NCBI RefSeq assembly: GCF_000949455.1
Contig: NZ_JXXK01000020.1
Span: 10,314-42,313, forward strand
Reading direction: 5' to 3'
Source: Ruthenibacterium lactatiformans
GTDB lineage: Bacteria; Bacillota; Clostridia; Oscillospirales; Ruminococcaceae
Length of the DNA: 32,000 bases
Shown: positions 7,122 to 14,889 of the stretch, one piece after another
Numbering within the stretch: the first letter of the stretch is position 1
Layout of the letters: each line of letters starts with the position of its first letter
Made by a program: the position numbers and the translations under genes
Notes under the pieces: model-generated
Database searches by the model: none
What the model saw: the letters and a program-made list of their open reading frames with translations, nothing else
Told to the model about the DNA's origin: nothing

Positions 7122-8438
7122 ATGGCCTATACATCCATTATCCCCGTCCGCCGCCTGGACCGAGCGGTGGACTATGTGCGGGATAAAGCCAAGACAACAC
7201 GCGGCCCCAAGTCTTTGCAGGACGCAGTGGATTACGCCCTCAACCGGGATAAGACGGAGTCGGATTGTTTTGAAACGGGACTCAGCTGTGTATGCGAAAC
7301 CGCCTTTGAGGATATGCGGGATACGGTACAGCGCTGGCAGCAAACTGCCGGTGTGCAGGGATACCACCTTGTTCAAAGTTTTGCTGAGGGAGAAGTTACG
7401 CCGGAACTGGCTCATCAGATCGGGGTGGAGCTGGCTGAGCAGCTGCTGCAAGGCCGTTTTCAGGCGGTGGTTACCACTCACCTCAATACCAAACACTATC
7501 ACAATCATATTGTGTGGTGTTCGGTGGCTCTGGACAATGGCCGGAAATACCACAGCAATGCCAAGTCCTACTATACCGAGGTGCGGGCCCGTTCCGATGC
7601 GCTCTGCAGAAAATATGGACTATCCATCATTGAGACCAAAGAAAGTGAACAGTCCTCCATGCCGTATCACGTTTGGCTGGACGAACAGGAGAATCGTCCA
7701 AACTGGACATCTATGGTGCGCCAGGACGTGAATGAAGCGATCTCACAGGCTCTGACCTGGCGGCAATTTCTGCAGTGTTTAAGTCAGAAAGGATACACCT
7801 TCCGTTTCAATCGGAAATATCCTACGCTGCAGCCGCCCGGAAAACCTCGCCCGATTCGTTTCAAAACCCTGGGAAAGCAGTATACCCCGGAGACCATCAA
7901 ACAGCGCCTCCTCTACTCGCAGAAAACCTACCCAGCAGAACCACACGTCCATCATACCCGGCTACACGGAATCTACCGGAAAGCGCGCAAGCCTTTGAGC
8001 TTGCGCGCTTTCTATTATCGGGAACTGTATATGCTGGGAGTCTTTCCCCGGAAACCTTGGCATCCATCCCCGGCCGTGCGGGAGGAAATCCGTCAGCTAG
8101 ACAAACGAATTGAGCAGTACGAATTTCTGATGCGCCGGGATATCAGCACTCTGGCACAGCTGCGAGATCTCCGTGCCCAAACGGAAGCGAAGGTGCGGCA
8201 ACTGAACGCAGAGCGCAACCGTCTATACAAGGTTAACCCGAAAAGTGACCAAATCCCGCTGATTACCCAACGTCTGCGGGAACTCCGCAAGACCATCAAA
8301 TTGTGCAAGCAAATCGAAGAACATTCGCTGGAAATGGCACAGCGCCAGGAAGAAGAACAAAAGCGCCGTGCCGAACAAGAAAGGAGCAATGCCCATGAAC
8401 GCGAATCAATGGAATTACCGGGTCCAATACGCCCGTGA
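7122..8438 (+). CDS. Relaxase/mobilisation nuclease (MobA/VirD2 family)
   Basis: N-terminal MAYTSIIPV...; the histidine triad context HLNTKHYHNHIVW lies near 7490-7515. The C-terminus is coiled-coil rich. RBS AGGGAGGAAGGAAG lies upstream. Confidence 0.9.
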   Translation: MAYTSIIPVRRLDRAVDYVRDKAKTTRGPKSLQDAVDYALNRDKTESDCFETGLSCVCETAFEDMRDTVQRWQQTAGVQGYHLVQSFAEGEVTPELAHQIGVELAEQLLQGRFQAVVTTHLNTKHYHNHIVWCSVALDNGRKYHSNAKSYYTEVRARSDALCRKYGLSIIETKESEQSSMPYHVWLDEQENRPNWTSMVRQDVNEAISQALTWRQFLQCLSQKGYTFRFNRKYPTLQPPGKPRPIRFKTLGKQYTPETIKQRLLYSQKTYPAEPHVHHTRLHGIYRKARKPLSLRAFYYRELYMLGVFPRKPWHPSPAVREEIRQLDKRIEQYEFLMRRDISTLAQLRDLRAQTEAKVRQLNAERNRLYKVNPKSDQIPLITQRLRELRKTIKLCKQIEEHSLEMAQRQEEEQKRRAEQERSNAHERESMELPGPIRP

Positions 8439-8667
8439 TCATTACCCGCCCGGCACCCGTGTTCGGTTGCTGAATATGCCCGACGATCCCCAGCCCATTC
8501 CGCCCGGTACGACCGGCACGGTGTTGGCCGTGGACGATGCGGGTCAGCTGCTTATGAATTGGGACAACGGACGGGCTCTGAGCCTTCTGCCCGGAACGGA
8601 TTCTTTTGAGGTGATCAGCCGTCCGAAGGCCAAAGACGTACAGCGTCACAAAGGAGAAGCCAGATGA
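8395..8667 (+). CDS. DUF4314 domain protein
   Basis: YPPGTRVRLLNMPDDPQPIPPGTTGTVLAVDDAGQLLMNWDNGRALSLLPGTDSFEV matches the recalled DUF4314 pattern. The ATG at 8395 lies 8 nt after AAAGGAG and overlaps the relaxase 3' end. Confidence 0.75.
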   Translation: MNANQWNYRVQYARDHYPPGTRVRLLNMPDDPQPIPPGTTGTVLAVDDAGQLLMNWDNGRALSLLPGTDSFEVISRPKAKDVQRHKGEAR

Positions 8668-9398
8668 ACTACGGTGCAGAACCGGCGGATCAGGTCGTTC
8701 GCTACTCGCTTGAGGGCACCGAAGTTGCCCTGCGTCTTTCGGGATCGGCGGCGATCACCTTTGCCAAGTTTGTAGCCGCGGTACTCAAGGACCAGAAAAA
8801 GACCCACGGCAAAACCCGTCTGGTCCGCCTGCTGCGGGAAGGCAAGCCGCTGAAGTTCTTCTCGGTGGAGAAAGATCGGATGCGGGAGTTCGCCCATGAA
8901 GCGAAGATGCACGGCCTGCTGTTTGTCCCCATGCGGGACAAAACCGATCCCGACCATATCGAGATCGCAATCCTGGCCGATGACGCCTCCAAGGTGAATC
9001 GGATCTTTGACCGCCTGCAGCTGGATGTGGTGGACACCGGCATGGCAGAAGCGGTGGACGAGGTGGCGCAGGACATGGAGGCTATGCCCACTGAAGCACC
9101 GGACACTCCGCAGAAAGAGCCTCAGAAGGAGGAAGCACCGCCGGTTTTTCCTTCCCCGGCCCGTCACCAGACGGAGCCGGAACCCGCCCCTCCGTCCATG
9201 CCTTCCTCGAACAACAACGAGAAATCGCCGCCTATGTGGCCCGGATTCCGCGCCGACCAGGTGCGGGCCCGGGGTAAGCGTCCCAGCGTCCGACTGGAAT
9301 TGGGCGAGATCCGCGCCATTCTGGCCGCCCGCAAGGAACATTCCCCCATGCCCAGGTCGCCTATCCGAATCCACCGGGATGGTCCGGTCCGCGGGTAA
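8664..9398 (+). CDS. pcfB: PcfB-family conjugation protein (DUF3801)
   Basis: ATGA overlap with the upstream stop. HGKTRLVRLLREGKPLKFFSVEKDRMREFAHEAKMHGLLF is the typical PcfB core. The C-terminal tail is Pro-rich. Confidence 0.75.
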   Translation: MNYGAEPADQVVRYSLEGTEVALRLSGSAAITFAKFVAAVLKDQKKTHGKTRLVRLLREGKPLKFFSVEKDRMREFAHEAKMHGLLFVPMRDKTDPDHIEIAILADDASKVNRIFDRLQLDVVDTGMAEAVDEVAQDMEAMPTEAPDTPQKEPQKEEAPPVFPSPARHQTEPEPAPPSMPSSNNNEKSPPMWPGFRADQVRARGKRPSVRLELGEIRAILAARKEHSPMPRSPIRIHRDGPVRG

Positions 9399-9499
9399 AA
9401 GTTTTCCGTTTGTTTTCATTTGAGGGATAGCTATTCAAGGATAGCTGTGGTATGGTTTCCGTAATAGAAACCACCAGAAAGAAAAGGAGGCATCCCCTT

Positions 9500-9814
9500 A
9501 TGAGTGAACGTGTAATGAAGATGGACCGGAACGATAAAAGTATTCTCATCCGCGCACTCCATGCGCAGTATCGGGAGAAAAAAGCCAGTGGCAAACCCTA
9601 TGCCGAAATCGGCCAGCTGATCCTGCGCATCGATGCAACAGACCCCGGACGTCTGCGCCTGGGGGATGCCGAATACCTGCTGGCAAGGAATGCCCTCAAT
9701 GATCTGCGCAACCAGCGCATTGCCAGTGGTGGTTACACCGATGCCGCCGATGCGGCCCTTGCCAATCTGCTGCGGGCCAAAGTGCCTTTCCATCTCTTCG
9801 GTCATACGCGCTGA
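9500..9814 (+). CDS. Hypothetical small protein (104 aa)
   Basis: The ATG follows GAAAAGGAGG with ~9-nt spacing. The gene is followed by its own terminator. No family recognised. Confidence 0.55.
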   Translation: MSERVMKMDRNDKSILIRALHAQYREKKASGKPYAEIGQLILRIDATDPGRLRLGDAEYLLARNALNDLRNQRIASGGYTDAADAALANLLRAKVPFHLFGHTR

Positions 9815-9830
9815 ATTACCATCTGTATCC

Positions 9831-9862
9831 TGCCAGGGAATTTTCCCTGGCATTTTTCTTTT
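9831..9862 (+). terminator. Intrinsic terminator
   Basis: TGCCAGGGAA-TT-TTCCCTGGCA stem followed by TTTTTCTTTT. Confidence 0.75.
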
Positions 9863-9867
9863 AGGAG

Positions 9868-10659
9868 GTGTTGGAACCCAACAATCTGAAACCTGTCTAT
9901 ACCATCGCATCGCTGTCGGGTGGAAAAGATTCGACGGCAATGCTTCTTCGGCTTCTGGAGGAAGCCCGGCCCATCGATGAGATTCTGTTCTGTGACACCG
10001 GTTGGGAATTTCCGCAGATGTACGATCACCTGACCAGTCTGGAACGCTATATCGGGCGGCCCATTACCCGTCTGAAAGCCCCGATGACGGCAGAACAGTA
10101 CTTCTACGAGTATACCGCCAAGTCTACCGCCCGTCTGGTCACGAACCGGGGCCTCAGCTGGCCCTCCCATTCCTGCCGCTGGTGTACCGGACGCCTGAAA
10201 ACCCACGTCATCAACAAGCACCTGCGAGATCTGCGCAGGCAGTATCATCTGGTACAGTATGTAGGCATTGCCGCGGACGAAGTACACCGCTGTAAGGACC
10301 TGCACTACCCGTTGGTGGAATGGGGGATGACTGAAGCAGACTGCCTCAACTATTGCTATGCCCGCGGCTTCGACTGGGGTGGACTGTACGATATCTTTCG
10401 CAGGGTTTCCTGCTGGTGCTGTCCTTTGCAGCCGCTGTCGGAACTGCGGAAGCTTCGTAAACATTGCCCGGATCTTTGGCAGCGGCTTCTGAAAATGGAT
10501 GCCCATACCTGGCAGCCTTTCCGTGCCGACTACACTGCCCGACAACTGGATGTCCGTTTTGCTTTGGAAGAAGAAAGAACTGCACAGGGCCTGCCCATCA
10601 CCGGGCGGGCCTTTTTTACTGCCCTGCGGCAGCGATTCGAAAAGGAGGGATGTTCTTGA
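9868..10659 (+). CDS. PAPS-reductase-like PP-loop ATP-pyrophosphatase family protein (DndC/SspD/BrxP-related fold), with Cys clusters
   Basis: PP-loop SGGKDS at 9916-9933. Cys motifs SCRWCTG and VSCWCCP. The start is uncertain: GTG 9868 or TTG 9871 sits directly against AGGAGG 9863-9868. Confidence 0.75.
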   Translation: MLEPNNLKPVYTIASLSGGKDSTAMLLRLLEEARPIDEILFCDTGWEFPQMYDHLTSLERYIGRPITRLKAPMTAEQYFYEYTAKSTARLVTNRGLSWPSHSCRWCTGRLKTHVINKHLRDLRRQYHLVQYVGIAADEVHRCKDLHYPLVEWGMTEADCLNYCYARGFDWGGLYDIFRRVSCWCCPLQPLSELRKLRKHCPDLWQRLLKMDAHTWQPFRADYTARQLDVRFALEEERTAQGLPITGRAFFTALRQRFEKEGCS

Positions 10660-11456
10660 ATACCGATGATTTCTGGAGCCTGATTGAACGGGCCCAACAG
10701 GTGGCCGACCCGCAGAATGAAGCCTCCATGATGGAGGCCCTGTTTTGGGAACTGACCAAGCTGCCTGACCGGGAATTCTTTGCCTGGTACCGGCTGCAGG
10801 AAGCCTTTATGCAGCTGGCCGACACACCCAAGCTGTGTGCGGCGGCCGCTATCATTAACTATGGCACTTCCGATGACCGTTTCATGGATTTCCGCGCCTG
10901 GCTGGTCATGCAGGGACGGGCCGTGTATTTGTCTGCCTTGGCCGATCCTGACCGTCTGGCCAGGATGCGGGTGCCCTTCGGCGAAGCCGAATGGGAACTG
11001 TGTGGGTATATCGCCATGTATGCCTATACCGGCAAGAAATATCTTGCTCTGTTCAGACCGGATGCCCCCGATGGTCAGGCACTGCGCCGCCGCTATCCGG
11101 ATTGCAAGGATCTGCCGCAGCAGGTGGAACGTATCTGCATGAACCGTGCGCTGATCCGGAGATACGATGTAGGTGGGTTTGACCAGGATCTGGAACACCA
11201 GATGCTGCAGACCGAGATCGAGTACCGGCTGCATCGAAGCAATATCCCCAGGGATTTCTTTTCGGCTCAACACAAAGACGAACCCAAAGAGAATCTGGCC
11301 GAAGAACTGGCCAAGACGCTCACCATCGATACCGCAGAAGTGGACCCGGCTTTGCCGCACGCCCTTCCTGCCCTGTGGAAGAAGCGGACAGACTGGGAAG
11401 CCAGCCGGCTGCAGCAACGAAGCGGCATCACCCGCCACAAACAGGCTGAACGCTGA
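10656..11456 (+). CDS. DUF4240 domain protein
   Basis: DDFWSLIERA...AAAIINYGTSDDRFMDFRAWLVMQGRAVYLSALADPDRLA matches the recalled DUF4240 pattern. The TTG at 10656 lies 7 nt after AAAGGAGG and overlaps the upstream stop (TTGA); ATG 10650 is an alternative start. Confidence 0.65.
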   Translation: MNTDDFWSLIERAQQVADPQNEASMMEALFWELTKLPDREFFAWYRLQEAFMQLADTPKLCAAAAIINYGTSDDRFMDFRAWLVMQGRAVYLSALADPDRLARMRVPFGEAEWELCGYIAMYAYTGKKYLALFRPDAPDGQALRRRYPDCKDLPQQVERICMNRALIRRYDVGGFDQDLEHQMLQTEIEYRLHRSNIPRDFFSAQHKDEPKENLAEELAKTLTIDTAEVDPALPHALPALWKKRTDWEASRLQQRSGITRHKQAER

Positions 11457-13298
11457 TTGCAGAAAACGCCAACTCCATGGTGGATCTGGCTGCTGCCTCT
11501 TCCGCTGATTTGGTGGGCTGCAGCTGCCATGGCCATGCGCTGGCGGTCCGGCATGAATTTGTCGGACCTTCTGAACGCCTGCAATGAGATGTTGGCGCAG
11601 CCGCTTCCTCTTGCGTGGAGCAGCCAGACCCCTCGCTTCCTGCTGATCTTCACCGGTTTGTATGCTGTGATTGCCCTCGTCGCATCCAGTGAACACCGCA
11701 ACACCCGTCCGGGTGAGGAACACGGTTCCGCCCGCTGGGGAAACGCCAAAGAGCTCAACCGTCGCTACCGGGATACCCAAGGCCCCAACCTGCTGATGAC
11801 GCGCAACTTCCGCATCGGAGTGGATGGCTATAAGCACAAGCACAACACCAACGTGCTGATCGTCGGCGGCGCAGGTGCCGGCAAGACCCGTACCTATGCG
11901 GTGCCCAATGTGCTGGAGTCCGGGCGTTTGACCGTCGGCAAAGGTGCTTTATGTACCGGCTGCTCCATGGTCATCACCGATCCCAAGGGAGAGATCCTGC
12001 GCAAGACCGGTGGCTTTCTCAAGCAGATTGGGTATGAAGTTCGGGTGTTCGATCTGCTCAACCCCGATGCGTCCTTCTGCTATAACCCCTTTCGGTATGT
12101 GCGGGATGACAAGGATGTGCTGCAGCTGATCTCCAACCTCATTCAGAACACCACGCCGCCCCATGCACAGAGCTCCGACCCTTTTTGGGAAAAATCCGAG
12201 ACTGCGCTGCTCCAGGCCCTCATGCTGTATCTGCTGCATGAGGCTCCGCCGGAGGAACAAAACTTCGGCATGGTCATGGAGCTGCTGGGCAGCGCCCAGG
12301 TCAAGGAGAAGGACGAGAGCTACGAGTCGCCCCTGGATATCCTCTTCGAACGTCTGGCCATGCGTGACCCGGAAAGCATTGCCGTCAAGCAGTACGGCAT
12401 CTACAAACAGGCCGCCGGCAAAACCGCCAAGTCCATCCTGGTGAGCGTCGGTGTCCGATTGGCTGCCTTCAATCTGCCTCAAATTGCCCGCCTGACCATG
12501 ACCGATGAACTGCATCTGGACGAGCTGGGAGAAAAGCGAGTGGCCCTGTTCTGCTGTATCCCCGATGCGGATCGTTCCCTGAACTATCTGGTCGGCATGG
12601 TCTACACCCAGCTGATCCAGACGCTTTTCTACCAGGCAGACCGTGTCCATCGGGGACGGCTTCCTGTGCCGGTCCACTGCCTAATGGACGAGTTCGCCAA
12701 CATTGCTTTGCCCAAGGACAGCTTCCTGTCCGCACTGGCAACCATGCGTTCTCGGGGCATCTTCTGTTCCATCATTGTGCAGAACATCGCCCAGCTGAAA
12801 TCCATGTACAAGGACAGCTGGGAATCGCTGGTGGGCCTGTGCGATGAGTTCCTTTACCTGGGCGGCAACGAGCAGGGAACTCACAAATACGTTTCCGAGC
12901 TGATCGGCAAGGAAACGGTGGAAACCACCAGCCGAAGCCTTTCTCGAGGCCGCAGCGGCAGCAGCAGTACCAGCCACCAGCAAGCGGCCCGCGACCTGAT
13001 GACCCCCGACGAAGTGCGCCTGCTTTCCAATGACAAAGCGCTGCTGTTCGTGCGCGGTGAACGCCCGGTCATGGACTGGAAGTACAATCTGCTCTGGCAC
13101 CCGAACATCCGCTTCACCGAAGATGGCGGCGCGCCGCCCTATGACTACACCGCTGCACCGGATGCCCATGAGGATCTGGCAGGTGCTGCTGAAAACTACG
13201 AGCTGCTGGACATGGATGATTTCCTGCCGGCAGCCGAACAACCGAAACCCATGTTTACTTATCCAAGGAGGGATGCCCATGCATCGCAACAAGATTGA
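11457..13298 (+). CDS. Type IV secretion coupling protein (VirD4/TraG family)
   Basis: N-terminal TM segments; Walker A GGAGAGKT near 11865-11888; VITDPKGE; Walker B-like HCLMDEFAN. The TTG start abuts the upstream TGA. Confidence 0.9.
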   Translation: MQKTPTPWWIWLLPLPLIWWAAAAMAMRWRSGMNLSDLLNACNEMLAQPLPLAWSSQTPRFLLIFTGLYAVIALVASSEHRNTRPGEEHGSARWGNAKELNRRYRDTQGPNLLMTRNFRIGVDGYKHKHNTNVLIVGGAGAGKTRTYAVPNVLESGRLTVGKGALCTGCSMVITDPKGEILRKTGGFLKQIGYEVRVFDLLNPDASFCYNPFRYVRDDKDVLQLISNLIQNTTPPHAQSSDPFWEKSETALLQALMLYLLHEAPPEEQNFGMVMELLGSAQVKEKDESYESPLDILFERLAMRDPESIAVKQYGIYKQAAGKTAKSILVSVGVRLAAFNLPQIARLTMTDELHLDELGEKRVALFCCIPDADRSLNYLVGMVYTQLIQTLFYQADRVHRGRLPVPVHCLMDEFANIALPKDSFLSALATMRSRGIFCSIIVQNIAQLKSMYKDSWESLVGLCDEFLYLGGNEQGTHKYVSELIGKETVETTSRSLSRGRSGSSSTSHQQAARDLMTPDEVRLLSNDKALLFVRGERPVMDWKYNLLWHPNIRFTEDGGAPPYDYTAAPDAHEDLAGAAENYELLDMDDFLPAAEQPKPMFTYPRRDAHASQQD

Positions 13299-13614
13299 TA
13301 TGCCCCGCACCAAACGTCTGACCCGCCGCGCCTTCGCACTGTATGCTGCTCTGGTTCTGGTCTGCTGCGCCGCCACGCCGGTGCTGGCCGACGGTGATCC
13401 GCTGACTGTGGTCAACAACCTCAGTACCTTCATCTTCTCCATCATCCGGGCCATCGGCCTGATCCTGCTGGGCTGGGGCATTGTTCAGGTGGGTCTGTCG
13501 CTGCAGAGCCATGATCCCAGCCAGCGCAGCCAGGGCTTCCTGACGCTGGCCGGCGGCATCATCATCACCTTCGCCAAAGAGATCCTGGACCTGATCGTTG
13601 GCACCGGAGTCTGA
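13279..13614 (+). CDS. Maff2-family small membrane protein
   Basis: ATG lies 7 nt after AAGGAGG. Signal/TM segment then ...IIRAIGLILLGWGIVQVGLSLQSHDPSQRSQG..LAGGIII. The gene overlaps the coupling-protein 3' end by 20 nt. Starts at 13273 or 13300 are possible. Confidence 0.65.
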   Translation: MHRNKIDMPRTKRLTRRAFALYAALVLVCCAATPVLADGDPLTVVNNLSTFIFSIIRAIGLILLGWGIVQVGLSLQSHDPSQRSQGFLTLAGGIIITFAKEILDLIVGTGV

Positions 13615-13650
13615 TGTGCCGGAATATATCAGGAAAGGAGGTGATATACC

Positions 13651-14487
13651 GTGGGTGACAGCTGGATCGTAAGCAACCTCAACGCTGCCCTGACCACCTG
13701 GAATGACAAACTGGGAGAGATCTGGCAGCTGCTGACCCAAAGTCCACAGACCTTCAAGGACGGCCAGGTATGGGCCGTGATGGTGGGCATCCACGGGGCA
13801 CTGCAAGCCATTGGCTACGGGTTGCTGGTACTCTTCTTCGCAGCCGGTGTGGTCAAGACCTGCGGCACCTTCGTGGAGGCCAAACGCCCCGAACAGGCCC
13901 TCAAACTCTTTATTCGCTTCGCCCTGGCCAAAGCAGCTGTGACCTACGGTCTGGATCTGATGCTGGCTATCTTCCAGATCGTGCAGGGGATGGTCTCCAC
14001 GGTGATCAACCAATCTGGCGTGTCCGGAATGAGCGCCGTTACACTGCCCCAAGATCTGATTGACGCCATCAACCAGGTGGGTTTTTGGGATTCCATCCCG
14101 CTTTGGGCTGTGACTCTGATCGGCGGGCTGCTCATTACCGTACTATCCTTCGTGATGATCCTGACCGTGTATGGCCGTATGTTTTCCCTTTGGATGTATG
14201 CGGCCATTGCCCCCATTCCGCTTTCGTCCTTTGCCGGAGAACCCACGTCCAATGTGGGCAAGAACTTCCTGCGCAGTTATGCCGGTGTCTGCCTGCAGGG
14301 CGTAGTCATTGCTTTGGCCTGCATCATCTTCTCCGCTGTGTCCTCCAGCCCGCCCGCTGTGGATACCAGCGTCTCGGTAGTAACCGCCACCTGGACCTAT
14401 GTGGGAGAACTGGCCTTCAACCTGCTGGTGTTGGTTGGTGCGGTGAAGGGATGTGACCGGATCGTCAAGGAAATCATGGGCCTGTAA
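13651..14487 (+). CDS. VirB6/TrbL-like polytopic conjugal-transfer membrane protein (CD0415/CD1112-type)
   Basis: GTG start after AAAGGAGGTGATATACC. Multiple hydrophobic segments. The position between Maff2 and PrgI is as expected. Confidence 0.7.
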   Translation: MGDSWIVSNLNAALTTWNDKLGEIWQLLTQSPQTFKDGQVWAVMVGIHGALQAIGYGLLVLFFAAGVVKTCGTFVEAKRPEQALKLFIRFALAKAAVTYGLDLMLAIFQIVQGMVSTVINQSGVSGMSAVTLPQDLIDAINQVGFWDSIPLWAVTLIGGLLITVLSFVMILTVYGRMFSLWMYAAIAPIPLSSFAGEPTSNVGKNFLRSYAGVCLQGVVIALACIIFSAVSSSPPAVDTSVSVVTATWTYVGELAFNLLVLVGAVKGCDRIVKEIMGL

Positions 14488-14508
14488 CAGAAAGAGAAGT
14501 GATTGCTT

Positions 14509-14889
14509 ATGGAAATCAAAATTCCCAAAGAAGTCCGGGACTACCATGAGACCATCTTCTTCGGTCTCAACACCCGGCAGTTTATCTGCTCACTGCTGGC
14601 CCTCGGGGTGGCGGTGGGCGTTTATTTTTTGCTCCGTCCGCTGCTGGGAACAGAGGAAATCGGCTGGGTCTGCATCCTGGCCGCCGCGCCTTTCGCAGCC
14701 TGCGGATTTTTTTCCTACCACGGCATGACTGCCGAGCAGCTGTTTTGGGCGTGGTGCAAATCCGAGATTCTGAGCCCCAAGCGGCTGATCTATCGTTCCA
14801 ACAGCTATTACTACGATGCGATCCAGGGAGGGATGCGTATGAAGAAACCCAAACAGAAGAAGCGCAGCCGTAAGGAGAAGCGCCATTGA
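14509..14889 (+). CDS. prgI: PrgI-family (VirB3-like) T4SS membrane protein
   Basis: MEIKIPKEVRDYHETIFFGLNTRQFIC... followed by two TM segments. Basic C-terminal tail. The stop overlaps the virB4 start. Confidence 0.75.
   Translation: MEIKIPKEVRDYHETIFFGLNTRQFICSLLALGVAVGVYFLLRPLLGTEEIGWVCILAAAPFAACGFFSYHGMTAEQLFWAWCKSEILSPKRLIYRSNSYYYDAIQGGMRMKKPKQKKRSRKEKRH

Noticed and set aside
9425-9472. 8-nt direct repeat GGATAGCT x2 (9425-9432, 9439-9446) and small hairpin GGTTTC-N7-GAAACC (9454-9472) upstream of the 104-aa ORF
   Set aside because: The elements are too short to separate from chance. They may be a regulator site, but there is no supporting promoter or partner.
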